Shown: positions 8,948 through 18,602, counted from the stretch's first letter. The stretch is DNA of 64,000 bases from Ruminococcus sp. (GCA_020860605.1 JAJBTZ010000011.1:2230-66229), one strand, 5' to 3'. The notes: generated from the letters alone by a model not told the origin. Translations and numbers: made by a program.

Positions 8948-10114
8948 ATGAAAAAAGGAAAAAGGATTGATTACCTGTCATTCAAGAAGAAGGCCTCAAG
9001 GATAAGATATGGAAATCTCGCGCTTATTCTGGCGATTCTTCTCATTATTATTGCGATTATCTGCGTCTCCTGCTCGGCTGTGAGAAAGAGTGACGACAGT
9101 GAAAAGAGCGATTCAGAACAGCAGGGCGAAACCACCACGAATCTGTCAGACTATGTTGAGGAAGAGCCTGATGCGAGCACAACTTCTGATCCCACTCAGC
9201 AGAGCTCATACCTGTTCGCCTCTGTGACGGTGTCTTCAGATGAGATTGGTTCGGGAACTCTGGTTCTTGTAAACAACAATATTGCGCTCTTAAACGAAGT
9301 CAACGAGGACGACCTGGTCGTCGTCAGAGAATACAAGAACAGCGCTTACTGGGTCAGCGACTACAGCGTCAAGATTCTTCCTGACGCCATGGATGCTCTT
9401 AACGAGATGCTTTTAGGGTTCTACACCGCTACTGGAAACGACAACGTAATGGTTCGAAGTGGCTACCGCTCGTTCGACTATCAGCAGGAGCTCTATGAAG
9501 AGGAGCTCGCATCGACTGGCGAGGATTCTTCGACTCTCGTTGCCAAGGCTGGCTACAGCGAGCACCACACTGGCTACGCTATCGACTTCACCACCTACAA
9601 CGGCAGCTCTTACAGCGACTTCGACGGCGAAGGCGACTATGAGTGGATCATGGAGAACTGCTATAAGTATGGCTATATCAACCGCTATCCTGAGGGCAAG
9701 GAGTCTATCACCCTTATCGACAACGAGCCATGGCACTTCAGATATGTCGGAATCCCTCATGCTCAGGTTATGTATGAATATGACATGTGCCTCGAGGAAT
9801 ATATCTCGTTCATAAAGAACTATACTATCGATAGTGGCTTCCTCCTTGTCAACGCTGACGACGGAGCGCAGTATATCATCTACTATGTGCCGATGTCCAG
9901 CTCTGATTCAACGACCATCTACGTTCCTCTTCAGGACGACGGAGTCACCGCTTATCCTTACGAGATTTCTGGAAACAATGTTGACGGATTTATCGTGACG
10001 GTCACCCTTAAGGCGGGCACTGGGGTTGCTTCCTCGAGCACCACCACTGAGGATGAAACCACTGAAGGCGAAGCTGAGAGCGCTGAGGGCACTGAGTCAG
10101 AAAGTGCAGAATAA
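8948..10114 (+). CDS. VanY/M15B D-alanyl-D-alanine carboxypeptidase family protein, membrane anchored
   Basis: ATG 8948 follows GGAAAGGACGG. N-terminal TM helix and a low-complexity linker, then M15 motifs SGYRS, SEHHTGYAIDF, EPWHFRYVG. Confidence 0.8.
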   Translation: MKKGKRIDYLSFKKKASRIRYGNLALILAILLIIIAIICVSCSAVRKSDDSEKSDSEQQGETTTNLSDYVEEEPDASTTSDPTQQSSYLFASVTVSSDEIGSGTLVLVNNNIALLNEVNEDDLVVVREYKNSAYWVSDYSVKILPDAMDALNEMLLGFYTATGNDNVMVRSGYRSFDYQQELYEEELASTGEDSSTLVAKAGYSEHHTGYAIDFTTYNGSSYSDFDGEGDYEWIMENCYKYGYINRYPEGKESITLIDNEPWHFRYVGIPHAQVMYEYDMCLEEYISFIKNYTIDSGFLLVNADDGAQYIIYYVPMSSSDSTTIYVPLQDDGVTAYPYEISGNNVDGFIVTVTLKAGTGVASSSTTTEDETTEGEAESAEGTESESAE

Positions 10115-10148
10115 TTCATAAAATCATATCAATCGGAGGTAATTTGTA

Positions 10149-10982
10149 ATGGCGGAATGCAGTCACGATTGCTCGTCCTGCTCACAGAACTGTTCTTCGA
10201 GAACGGCTCCGCAGGACATGCATGTTTCGGCGAATGAATTCTCAAATGTCAAAAAAGTAATCGGAGTTGTGAGTGGAAAAGGCGGAGTTGGAAAATCGCT
10301 CGTCACTTCCCTTCTGGCATCCGAATCGGCAAAGAAAGGCAACAAAACGGCAATACTCGATGCCGACATCACCGGCCCTTCGATCCCGAGAGCGTTCGGA
10401 GTTACCAGTCAGCTAACGACTGACGGAAAATATATCAACCCTTCTGTCTCCAAAGGCGGAATCAAGATTGTTTCGACAAATCTACTCTTAGATGACGAAA
10501 CCCAGCCGGTTGTCTGGAGAGGGCCCATCATTGCGGGAGCTGTCAAGCAGTTCTGGAACGAGGTCAACTGGGGAGATGTCGACTATATGTTTGTCGATAT
10601 GCCTCCAGGAACGGGAGATGTTCCCCTCACCGTCTTCCAGTCGATTCGGCTTGACGGAATCGTCATCGTCACTTCCCCTCAGGAGCTGGTCAGCATGATA
10701 GTCTCGAAGGCTGTCAATATGGCCGAGATGATGGGTGTTCCGATTTTGGGAATCATCGAGAACATGAGCTACGTCAAGTGCCCATGCTGTGGCAAGGAGA
10801 TAAAGGTCTTCGGCGAGAGCCACACGGCGAAAATCGCTGAAGAGAACCACTTGGGACTTCTTGCAAGGCTGCCGTTTGACTCCGAAATCGCTGCTCTTTG
10901 CGACAAAGGCGAGATTGAAAGCTACGATTGCGAACCGATGAAGGCTGCCGCTGACATGATTTTCAGGGCTGTTGAGGACTGA
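10149..10982 (+). CDS. Mrp/NBP35 (ApbC) family ATP-binding Fe-S cluster carrier
   Basis: Deviant Walker A GKGGVGKS, a Cys-rich N-terminus and a CPCCG motif. Confidence 0.8.
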   Translation: MAECSHDCSSCSQNCSSRTAPQDMHVSANEFSNVKKVIGVVSGKGGVGKSLVTSLLASESAKKGNKTAILDADITGPSIPRAFGVTSQLTTDGKYINPSVSKGGIKIVSTNLLLDDETQPVVWRGPIIAGAVKQFWNEVNWGDVDYMFVDMPPGTGDVPLTVFQSIRLDGIVIVTSPQELVSMIVSKAVNMAEMMGVPILGIIENMSYVKCPCCGKEIKVFGESHTAKIAEENHLGLLARLPFDSEIAALCDKGEIESYDCEPMKAAADMIFRAVED

Positions 10983-10998
10983 TTTTCACATAAGTAAA

Positions 10999-11036
10999 AG
11001 CACCGCTTGGAGAATATTCCAAACGGTGCTTTTTTA
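10999..11036. terminator. bidirectional terminator between the convergent Mrp and DUF308 genes
   Basis: AGCACCGCTTGG..CCAAACGGTGCT stem flanked by an A-run and a T-run. Confidence 0.7.
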
Positions 11037-11064
11037 TAAGGAGCTTTAAGAATGAAAAAGCGAA

Positions 11065-11610
11065 TTACTCCTGCTCTTCGACGACCACTTCGTCATCCTT
11101 CTTTTTTCCAGGGAAGAAGGTGGTTACGATGTCAAGAACAGCCTGAACGATAAGTACGATTCCGATGAAGATCCAGAGCATGTCGGATGCGGAAACGCTG
11201 ACGATGATGAACGCGCAAACAAGGGTTACAGCTGCGTTGATGAGTGCTGGCTTCCAGCTCGAGTCCTTAAGGCGCAAGAAGTCGATCGCCATACCGAGTT
11301 TTGAAACGCCACTGATAAGGATAGCAAGGCCTATAACAGTGTCGAATACTCCTACTATCCATCCTGTCTTGATGAGGCAGAATACACCGATTGCTACTTC
11401 CATGAGGCCAGTAGTCATTCCCTGCCCGAGAACTCCGCCAACAGGATCGGAGCGGAAGTAGTTGATAAGTGAAACTGCACCCATGAGTATAAGTACAATT
11501 CCTGCAACTGTGATTATGGCTTTGGTGAGTCCTGTCGGATCGATGAGAATCAGGACACCAACGATTATTTCAATCACCGCAAGTCCGATTCCAGACAATT
11601 TTTGTTTCAT
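11065..11610 (-). CDS. HdeD/DUF308 family membrane protein
   Basis: ATG 11610 (MKQKLSGIGLAV) is preceded by GGGAGG. Multi-pass, Gly/Ile/Val-rich helices. The upstream part of the tracked ORF lacks an RBS. Confidence 0.55.
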   Translation of the reverse strand: MKQKLSGIGLAVIEIIVGVLILIDPTGLTKAIITVAGIVLILMGAVSLINYFRSDPVGGVLGQGMTTGLMEVAIGVFCLIKTGWIVGVFDTVIGLAILISGVSKLGMAIDFLRLKDSSWKPALINAAVTLVCAFIIVSVSASDMLWIFIGIVLIVQAVLDIVTTFFPGKKKDDEVVVEEQE

Positions 11611-11788
11611 AAGAAATCCTCCCGTATTTAGGTTTTTGTCCAAAGAAAAGCCGTTGACTTTTCTTTCTGAGACAAGTATAATATACATGTGTTGATTTTG
11701 CAACGGACATATGGGTAGTATTTGTCCCAAAATCAACAAGGCAGAATATATTGTTTTTACATATACGACTATCAGAAAGAGAGGATTT

Positions 11789-12358
11789 ATGGCCTACAAA
11801 ATAACCAAGGGCAACCGACGCGTTATGGTTACCAAGCAGCTTATCAGCGACGCTCTTCTGAAGCTTCTTGAAGTCAAGAATATTGAGAAGATAACGATCA
11901 CTGAACTTTGCGAGACGGCACACGTCAACCGTTCCACATTCTATCATCACTACACCAGTCAGTATGACGTTTTGACCGAGATCGAGGACGAAAAGGTCGA
12001 AGACATCAAAGAGATGCTCCAGAAGATCGACCCGAAGAAGAGCTTCACGGTCCGCGAGCAGTTAGAGGCTATCCTCAACTATCTCAAGGAAAACAGGTCG
12101 GCATTTCTTTTGTTCATGAACAGCAAGTTTATACTTCAGGATTTCTCTGAGAAACTGTTTAACCTGACACTTAGGCAGGAATTCACCGAAGAATATGCTC
12201 CGAAGGAGCTCTCACCTGAGCAGAAGGAGCTCTGGAGAAACTTCTACCAGGGCGGTTACTACTACCTCATCTACACCTGGCTGGAAAGCGACTCTTCTGC
12301 AACATCGTCTGATGTAGCTGACCTTATCTGCAACTTCCTTCCCATGAGAAAGCAGTAA
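11789..12358 (+). CDS. TetR/AcrR family transcriptional regulator
   Basis: HTH region ITITELCETAHVNRSTFYHHY. Start at MAYKITKG (11789) rather than the tracked 11711. Confidence 0.75.
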   Translation: MAYKITKGNRRVMVTKQLISDALLKLLEVKNIEKITITELCETAHVNRSTFYHHYTSQYDVLTEIEDEKVEDIKEMLQKIDPKKSFTVREQLEAILNYLKENRSAFLLFMNSKFILQDFSEKLFNLTLRQEFTEEYAPKELSPEQKELWRNFYQGGYYYLIYTWLESDSSATSSDVADLICNFLPMRKQ

Positions 12359-12364
12359 AAAATC

Positions 12365-12394
12365 TCCCGACCACTGAAAATGGTCGGGATTTTT
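12365..12394. terminator. bidirectional terminator between convergent tetR and dapB
   Basis: TCCCGACCA-ctgaaaa-TGGTCGGGA flanked by an A-run and a T-run. Confidence 0.8.
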
Positions 12395-12397
12395 ATG

Positions 12398-13162
12398 TCA
12401 ATTACCTGAAGCCTCGATAAGGTCCTGCATCGAATACATTCCGGCAGGCTTTCCCGAAAGAAATACCGCTGCATTGACGGCTCCGACGGCGAAGACCTCC
12501 TTTGAGGCTGCTGAATGGGAGAGAGTGATGACCTCGTCACGTCCAGCGAAGATTATCTCGTGCTCACCGACTATTGTTCCGCCTCTGACGGAATGGATGC
12601 CGATTTCGGTTTTGTCGCGCTTTTTACGCTGGCTGTGGCGGTCGTATATGTAGTTGTAGCGCTCGTCTCTGACCTCGTTGATGGAATCGGCAAGCATCAG
12701 AGCGGTGCCACTTGGGGCGTCGATCTTCTGGTTATGGTGCTTCTCGACTATCTCGATGTCATAATCGTCACCCAAGATTGTGGCAGCTTTTTTGGCGAGG
12801 GCGCTTAAGAGATTTATTCCTATCGACATGTTTGCAGTGAAGAAGATGGGTACCTGAGCGGATGCGGATTTTATCTCTGCAATATCCGTCTCGCTGTAGC
12901 CGGTTGTGGCCAAAACCAAGGCCGTGCCGTTGGTCTTGGCGTAATTAAGGAGCCCTGGCAGCGCTGATGGATGGGAGAAGTCGATTATTACATCCGGCTT
13001 GCAGGTAAGATCGCTTATGTCTGTGACCGTTTCAAATGATAGCTCCCCTGCCGTTATTTTATCCACACCGGCGACAGCTTCGATGTCGTCTCTTTTTGAG
13101 ATCACGTCTCCGACTACCTTGCCCATTTTTCCGAAGCAACCGCTTATGACCGCTTTAACCAT
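12398..13162 (-). CDS. dapB: 4-hydroxy-tetrahydrodipicolinate reductase
   Basis: 254 aa. N-terminal GCFGKMG dinucleotide fold and the EKHHNQKIDAPSGTA signature. Confidence 0.9.
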   Translation of the reverse strand: MVKAVISGCFGKMGKVVGDVISKRDDIEAVAGVDKITAGELSFETVTDISDLTCKPDVIIDFSHPSALPGLLNYAKTNGTALVLATTGYSETDIAEIKSASAQVPIFFTANMSIGINLLSALAKKAATILGDDYDIEIVEKHHNQKIDAPSGTALMLADSINEVRDERYNYIYDRHSQRKKRDKTEIGIHSVRGGTIVGEHEIIFAGRDEVITLSHSAASKEVFAVGAVNAAVFLSGKPAGMYSMQDLIEASGN

Positions 13163-13180
13163 TTAATCAATCCTCTCTTT

Positions 13181-14068
13181 TCAAATTAATCCGTGCCTGA
13201 TAAGTATCTGCCTGAGCTTTTCCTTGTTCTCGGCTCCCATTTCGCAAAGAGGAAGCCTGCACCCGCCTACATTCATGCCCATCATGTTCATCGCAGCCTT
13301 AACCGGAATCGGGTTTACCTCGCTGAAGAGGGCATTTGTGAGGTCTAAGTACTCGAATGCCAGCTCGCTTGCCTTATCGAAGTCTTTACCTAAACAGTAC
13401 TCAGTCATCTCGTGAGTGGTTTTCGGAAGGATATTTGATAGCACCGAGATGACGCCTTTTCCGCCGATGGCCATCATCGGAACCGTCAGATCGTCGTTGC
13501 CACTATAGAGTGGCATGTCGTCGCCACACTGGGCACGGATTTCCATCGCGAGAGCCATGTTCCCGCTCGCTTCCTTGGTGCCAACTATCTGAAGGTGCTT
13601 CGAGAGCTCCTTATAAGTTCCGATGCTGATATTGAAGCCGGTTCTCGAAGGGACGTTGTAGACGATAGCGGGAAGCTTTGTCTTCGAGAGAATCCGCTCG
13701 TAGTGCTTGATAAGGCCGTTCTGGGTGCACTTGTTGTAGTAAGGAGTCACGAGGAGAAGGCCATCAGCGCCAGCCTCTTCGGCTGCTGTAGTGGTTCCGA
13801 TGCAGTATTCAGTGTCGTTCGACCCGGTCGAGCATATCACAGGAACCCTGCCACACGCCGTCTCGACAGCACACTTCATCAGCGCCCTATGCTCCTCGCC
13901 AGAAAGAACAGCATTCTCACCAGTAGTCCCGACAGCGACGATAGCGTCGACGCCAGAGGAAATCTGAAACTCGATGAGTTCCCTATACTTCTCAAGATCA
14001 ATCTCGCCATTCGGCTTGAATGGGGTTATAAGGGCGGTGGCGGTGCCGGTGAATATTAAACTCTTCAT
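13181..14068 (-). CDS. dapA: 4-hydroxy-tetrahydrodipicolinate synthase (complete second copy)
   Basis: 295 aa. GTTGE, YNVPSRTG, KEASG and NPIPVKAAM motifs. Immediately upstream of dapB. Confidence 0.9.
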   Translation of the reverse strand: MKSLIFTGTATALITPFKPNGEIDLEKYRELIEFQISSGVDAIVAVGTTGENAVLSGEEHRALMKCAVETACGRVPVICSTGSNDTEYCIGTTTAAEEAGADGLLLVTPYYNKCTQNGLIKHYERILSKTKLPAIVYNVPSRTGFNISIGTYKELSKHLQIVGTKEASGNMALAMEIRAQCGDDMPLYSGNDDLTVPMMAIGGKGVISVLSNILPKTTHEMTEYCLGKDFDKASELAFEYLDLTNALFSEVNPIPVKAAMNMMGMNVGGCRLPLCEMGAENKEKLRQILIRHGLI

Positions 14069-14089
14069 AGTGTCACTCTCCTCGTACTG

Positions 14090-14113
14090 TGTAGGGGCGG
14101 ATATTATCCGCCC
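14090..14113 (-). repeat. REP-like palindromic element copy 3 (opposite orientation, TGTAGGGGCGGATATTATCCGCCC)
   Basis: Reverse-oriented copy 22 nt upstream of the dapA start. Forms an inverted doublet with copy 4. Confidence 0.85.
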
Positions 14114-14136
14114 GAACCCACAACTTGCAGCATAGC

Positions 14137-14160
14137 GGGCGGATGATATCCGCCCCTACA
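14137..14160 (+). repeat. REP-like palindromic element copy 4
   Basis: Identical to copies 1 and 2, and 23 nt from copy 3. Confidence 0.85.
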
Positions 14161-14172
14161 TGTTTCGGCTGC

Positions 14173-14277
14173 GGAGGCTAAAGCCTCCTTCGCCGAAGCG
14201 ATTTTCGCCTCCGGCGAAAATCGCACCCTCAGTCAGAGTTGCGAAGCAACTCTCTTAGTTCGGCGAAGCCGAACTAA
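14173..14277. other. array of four perfect hairpins (array A)
   Basis: Stems at 14173-14188, 14198-14224 (12 bp), 14235-14253 (8 bp, GAA loop) and 14255-14277 (10 bp, GAA loop). Confidence 0.8.
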
Positions 14278-14309
14278 TGCGCTCACCCTTGACAGGGGAG
14301 CCATATATT

Positions 14310-15044
14310 CTACGCTACACGACACACAGCCTCTAAATGTGACTGACATTCTGCTGGCAGCGAGTAATCTCTAATGGCATTTGAAGTGTCATTATAGAAT
14401 CTGACAAGTGCATTTGCCTTCCCATTATCGGTTTTTAAGCCATTAATATGCTCCTTCTCCTTCTGAAGGGCACGATCAATCGCCTGATTAAAGATAACGA
14501 TTTTATTTCCTTCGATAATCTGCTTTTGTTCTTGAAATGACACAGGAAGCGATATTCCGTAACTTGCAAGCTCTTCTGAACTGTATGTAGACAACAGATT
14601 CAATTTTTCTATAAGTAATTTGTACCTACTCGCAACAATGCCGAAGTCAGCAGAATCGTTTACAAGTGCCAAACTCTCATTCATTATTTGAATCTCTCGA
14701 AGAGCTGCCTGCCTTTGAGGACAATCTTTAACTGTTGCTTTGTCGCTATCAACGGTTGTAACAGCAGAAGCCTTAGCCCTCCGCTTCACGATAACAATAA
14801 CAACAGCGCCAACAACTACGATAGCTAGTGCAATCGGCAGCGCAATAATCGCACAATAGCCAACAATCAAAATAACGCAAATTAACAAAAGTACTTTTAC
14901 GATACCAAAGACTATATTGAGTATTCCTTTGGTAGCACTTCCAACGCCCTTTTCTACGCCACGCATAACGCGATAGGTGGCATATCGTTTTGCGGTGCTA
15001 CTAACAGTTGACTGTCGACTCTTATGATATTTTCGCCTTGCCAT
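14310..15044 (-). CDS. hypothetical membrane protein (basic N-terminus, two TM helices, helical C-terminal domain)
   Basis: ORF with ATG 15044 (MARRKYHK) after AGGGGA. No recognisable family. Confidence 0.4.
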   Translation of the reverse strand: MARRKYHKSRQSTVSSTAKRYATYRVMRGVEKGVGSATKGILNIVFGIVKVLLLICVILIVGYCAIIALPIALAIVVVGAVVIVIVKRRAKASAVTTVDSDKATVKDCPQRQAALREIQIMNESLALVNDSADFGIVASRYKLLIEKLNLLSTYSSEELASYGISLPVSFQEQKQIIEGNKIVIFNQAIDRALQKEKEHINGLKTDNGKANALVRFYNDTSNAIRDYSLPAECQSHLEAVCRVA

Positions 15045-15082
15045 ATTACACAATCCCCTACAATTTAATTGCGAATTCCGAA

Positions 15083-16162
15083 TTAATCAAAATATCCCTT
15101 CGCTGCAAGAAGCTCTGCCATCAGGACTCCGCCACCGGCGGCGCCTCTTAAGGTGTTGTGGGAGATGCAGACGAATTTGTAGTCGTATTGGGTGTCCTCA
15201 CGGAGTCTGCCCATCGAGATGGCCATGCCACCTTCGCGATCACGGTCGAGCTTGACCTGGGGACGGTCGGGCTCTTCGAAGTAGTTGAGGAACTGCTTCG
15301 GAGCGGAGGGGAGCTCGAGCTCCTGCGGGACGCCTGAGAAGGTTCTCCAGGCCTCTATAATCTCCTCTTTTGAGGGCTTATTCTTGAATCTAACGAAAAC
15401 AGCTGCGGTGTGGCCGTCGGAAACGGGGACACGGAGGCACTGAGTTGTGATTGAAGGCTCAGTTGTGCAGACGATTTCGTCGCCTTCGATGTGACCCCAG
15501 ACCTTGAGGGGCTCCTGCTCGCTCTTCTCTTCCTCTCCGCCGATGTAGGGGATGAGGTTGTCGACCATTTCAGGCCAGGTTGCGAAGGTCTTGCCAGCGC
15601 CTGAGATCGCCTGATAGGTGCAGGCGAGGACTTCGGTGATGCCGTATTTTCTCAAGGGTGTGAGCGCCGGGACGTAGCTCTGGATGGAGCAGTTAGACTT
15701 GACGGCGATGAAGCCACGCTTGGTGCCGAGGCGCTTTCTCTGAGCATCGATGATCTCGATGTGTTCGGGGTTGACCTCAGGAATGACCATCGGGACGTCA
15801 GGAGTGAAGCGGTTGGCGGAGTTGTTCGAGACAACTGGGCACTCGAGCTTGGCATAGGCTTCCTCGAGAGCCTTGATTTCGTCCTTCTTCATGTCGACGG
15901 CACAGAAGACAAAGTCGACCATGGAGGCGATTTTTTCTTTATCCGCGGTGGCGTCCATGACAACGATGTCTTTCGCATTATCAGGAATCGGAGTGCTCAT
16001 CAGCCAACGGGAGCCGACAGCTTCGCTATAGGGCTTCCCTGCCGACTTTGGGGAGGCAGCCAAAACCTTAATCTCAAACCAAGGATGGTTTGCAAGGAGG
16101 GTTATGAACCTCTGGCCTACCATGCCGGTGGCGCCGATTACTCCAACTTTATACTTTTTCAT
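15083..16162 (-). CDS. asd: aspartate-semialdehyde dehydrogenase
   Basis: 359 aa. GATGMVGQRF NAD fold, active-site SNCSIQ, and a C-terminal HNTLRGAAGG motif. Confidence 0.9.
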   Translation of the reverse strand: MKKYKVGVIGATGMVGQRFITLLANHPWFEIKVLAASPKSAGKPYSEAVGSRWLMSTPIPDNAKDIVVMDATADKEKIASMVDFVFCAVDMKKDEIKALEEAYAKLECPVVSNNSANRFTPDVPMVIPEVNPEHIEIIDAQRKRLGTKRGFIAVKSNCSIQSYVPALTPLRKYGITEVLACTYQAISGAGKTFATWPEMVDNLIPYIGGEEEKSEQEPLKVWGHIEGDEIVCTTEPSITTQCLRVPVSDGHTAAVFVRFKNKPSKEEIIEAWRTFSGVPQELELPSAPKQFLNYFEEPDRPQVKLDRDREGGMAISMGRLREDTQYDYKFVCISHNTLRGAAGGGVLMAELLAAKGYFD

Positions 16163-16203
16163 AAATATTACTCCTTAAAAGCTCCCGGCGACGAAGATTT
16201 GTA

Positions 16204-16232
16204 TTGAAAAAGTCGCGCGGTTGTTATATAAT
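16204..16232 (+). promoter_or_regulatory. sigma-A-type promoter for queA
   Basis: TTGAAA (16204-16209), a 17-nt spacer, then TATAAT (16227-16232). Confidence 0.55.
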
Positions 16233-16340
16233 GTCAAGTGGGGTTCAATCCCCAATCCATACTTCTTTATTATACAACAGCATTGCGAATCCGTCAACCT
16301 TAAAATACACCAAATTTTATTTGAAAGAAGCAGCATTATC

Positions 16341-17396
16341 ATGACTTTTGTTACCGATTTGAAGACCAGCGACTTTAATTACGACCTGCCGGAGGAGCTC
16401 ATCGCTCAGACTCCTGTCGAGCCGAGAAACGCCTCTCGCCTCATGGTTATCGACCGTGAGACCGGCGACATCACACACGATCACTTCTACAATCTATGTA
16501 AATACTTGAGAAAGGGTGACACCCTGATTGTGAACGACTCGAGAGTTCTGCCCGCCAGAATTTACGGCGAGAAGGCGGACAACGGGACGTTTATCGAGTT
16601 TTTACTCCTCGAGCAGAGGGAGAACATGGTCTGGGAGATTCTCTGCAGGCCCGGCAAGAAGGCGAAGATTGGGACGAAGTTTATCTTTGGCGGAGGCAAG
16701 CTCACCGCTGAGATTTTAGACGTTTTGGAGGACGGAAACCGCATTGCGAAGTTTTCTTGTGATGGGAGCATTTACACCGTGCTCGACGAAATCGGGCAGA
16801 TGCCACTTCCGCCCTACATCAAAGAGAAGCTCGAGAACAACGAGCGGTATCAGACGGTTTACTCGAACGAGGTCGGCTCCGCTGCTGCCCCGACCGCCGG
16901 GCTCCACTTCACCACTGAGCAGCTTGAGGAGATTCAGGCTGCTGGGATAAACATTGGAAAAGTGACGCTCCACGTGGGCTTGGGGACTTTCAGACCCGTC
17001 AAAGAGGAGAACATAGCAGAACACAAGATGCATACCGAGCACTATGACCTCCCACCTGAGACGGCCGAGCTCATCAACCGCACCAAGGCGAATGGTGGCA
17101 GGGTCATCGCCGTCGGGACGACTTCGTGCAGAACGCTCGAGAGCGTTGCGACGAAGTTCCAGGGCGAAATCCGTCCCGACGAAGGCAACACCGACATCTT
17201 CATCTACCCCGGCTACGAGTTCAAGGCGATCGACGGCCTCATCACCAACTTCCACCTCCCCGAGAGCACGCTGATCATGCTGGTTTCGGCGTTCTTAGGC
17301 AAGGACAAGACCATGGCAGCGTATAAATGTGCTGTCGAAGAAAAGTATAGGTTCTTTAGCTTTGGGGATGCGATGATTATTATTGACGAACGATAA
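16341..17396 (+). CDS. queA: S-adenosylmethionine:tRNA ribosyltransferase-isomerase
   Basis: Start at ATG 16341 ([23 protein letters not shown]). Motifs [24 protein letters not shown]. Confidence 0.9.
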   Translation: MTFVTDLKTSDFNYDLPEELIAQTPVEPRNASRLMVIDRETGDITHDHFYNLCKYLRKGDTLIVNDSRVLPARIYGEKADNGTFIEFLLLEQRENMVWEILCRPGKKAKIGTKFIFGGGKLTAEILDVLEDGNRIAKFSCDGSIYTVLDEIGQMPLPPYIKEKLENNERYQTVYSNEVGSAAAPTAGLHFTTEQLEEIQAAGINIGKVTLHVGLGTFRPVKEENIAEHKMHTEHYDLPPETAELINRTKANGGRVIAVGTTSCRTLESVATKFQGEIRPDEGNTDIFIYPGYEFKAIDGLITNFHLPESTLIMLVSAFLGKDKTMAAYKCAVEEKYRFFSFGDAMIIIDER

Positions 17397-17398
17397 AA

Positions 17399-17431
17399 TA
17401 AAGGACAGCCAACTGGCTGTCCTTTTATTTT
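17399..17431. terminator. bidirectional terminator between convergent queA and the GH5 gene
   Basis: AAGGACAGCC-aact-GGCTGTCCTT flanked by A-rich and T-rich runs. Confidence 0.8.
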
Positions 17432-18581
17432 ACTTTAACCCCGCCATCAGGCCGTTATAGTAGTCGAGGCAGTCGTCGAAGATTTCGAGGTTGGCTCGGT
17501 CGAAGAGGCCGTAGGCTTCGCTGCCGGCGTTGATGTAGTTGTTGTCCCAGACGACGCAGACCATGCCACTTTCCTTTGCCTTCGAGACGAAGTATCCGGC
17601 CCAGGCTTCTCTGGCGGACTGGTTGTCCTTGTTGGTGCAGCCCATTTCGCCGATTATGACGTAGGTGCCGTTTGCGACGAACTTCTCATAGAGGGCGTCG
17701 ATGTAGTAGTCGATGTCACTCTCGCAGGACTCGTCGAACTGAGTGTAGGCGTAGCTGTCGCTCATAGCGAGATTATAGGGAGTGTACATGTGAACCGTCA
17801 GAAGGAGCTTGTCGCTCGGATCTGAGGGGAGCTCGAAATCGTCCGAGAGAGCAGCGTCTGGTGAGGCGCAGTAAGTCGAGACCATTAAGTATCTCGTCTC
17901 GTTGTTGCCACCTGAGGCGCGGACTGTGTCAACAAACGCCTGATTACAGTCCATGATGGTCTGCATGGCTTCCTGGCACTCGGTCGACCATTCGGAATAG
18001 TACCACTCATAGTCGGTGCCGGCGAGTCTTGGCTCGTTCATCGGCTCGAAGATGAGGTGCTGGTCGTAGTCCTTGAAGTAATCGGCGATCTGGGTCCAGA
18101 TTGTTGTGATGTAGTTGACAGCCTCGTCGTGGTTGTCGGCTGTGGGATAATAAACCTCGTTATCGTGGTGGGAGTTGAGGATGACATACATGTCGTTCTC
18201 GAGAGCCCAGTCGACTACCTCCTGAACCCTCTTGAGCCAGTCCTCGTCGATGGTGTAATTCTCGTCGCAGTGATAGCTCCATGAAACAGGGATTCTGATG
18301 GTCTTGAAGCCGAGTTCGGCGAGAGTATCGATCATCTCTTCGGTTGTCACTGGGTTGCCCCATGAAGTCTCCGAATCGCCTGTCGAGTCAAAGCTGTTGC
18401 CGAGGTTCCAGCCGAGTCCCATGTCGGTGATGAGATTGCTTGCGGAAATCGAAGTGGTTTCGGCATTCTCGCCATAGTGGACGTGGCCGTCGGCGGTGTC
18501 TCCGCAGGCGGTGAACACTGCGAGGCACATTACTAATACGGTCAGAAGTGCCAGAAGTCTCTTGAATGAAAAACGTTTCAT
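17430..18581 (-). CDS. glycoside hydrolase family 5 endoglucanase, lipoprotein
   Basis: Signal with lipobox (AVFTAC). GH5 acid/base FEPMNEP and nucleophile IIGEMGC. Confidence 0.8.
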   Translation of the reverse strand: MKRFSFKRLLALLTVLVMCLAVFTACGDTADGHVHYGENAETTSISASNLITDMGLGWNLGNSFDSTGDSETSWGNPVTTEEMIDTLAELGFKTIRIPVSWSYHCDENYTIDEDWLKRVQEVVDWALENDMYVILNSHHDNEVYYPTADNHDEAVNYITTIWTQIADYFKDYDQHLIFEPMNEPRLAGTDYEWYYSEWSTECQEAMQTIMDCNQAFVDTVRASGGNNETRYLMVSTYCASPDAALSDDFELPSDPSDKLLLTVHMYTPYNLAMSDSYAYTQFDESCESDIDYYIDALYEKFVANGTYVIIGEMGCTNKDNQSAREAWAGYFVSKAKESGMVCVVWDNNYINAGSEAYGLFDRANLEIFDDCLDYYNGLMAGLK

Positions 18582-18602
18582 TTCGGTGTCTCCTTCAAAA
18601 AA

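Noticed and set aside
11711-11788. N-terminal extensions of the TetR ORF (11711) and of the DUF308 ORF (up to 11739), which overlap each other
   Set aside because: The two extensions would overlap divergently. The internal ATGs (11789 and 11610) have better RBS context and give normal family N-termini.
14069-14309. Possible lysine (L-box) riboswitch upstream of the second dapA
   Set aside because: Reading the minus strand, I found none of the conserved L-box segments. The leader is fully accounted for by the REP doublet and the hairpin array. A covariance-model scan would be the decisive test.
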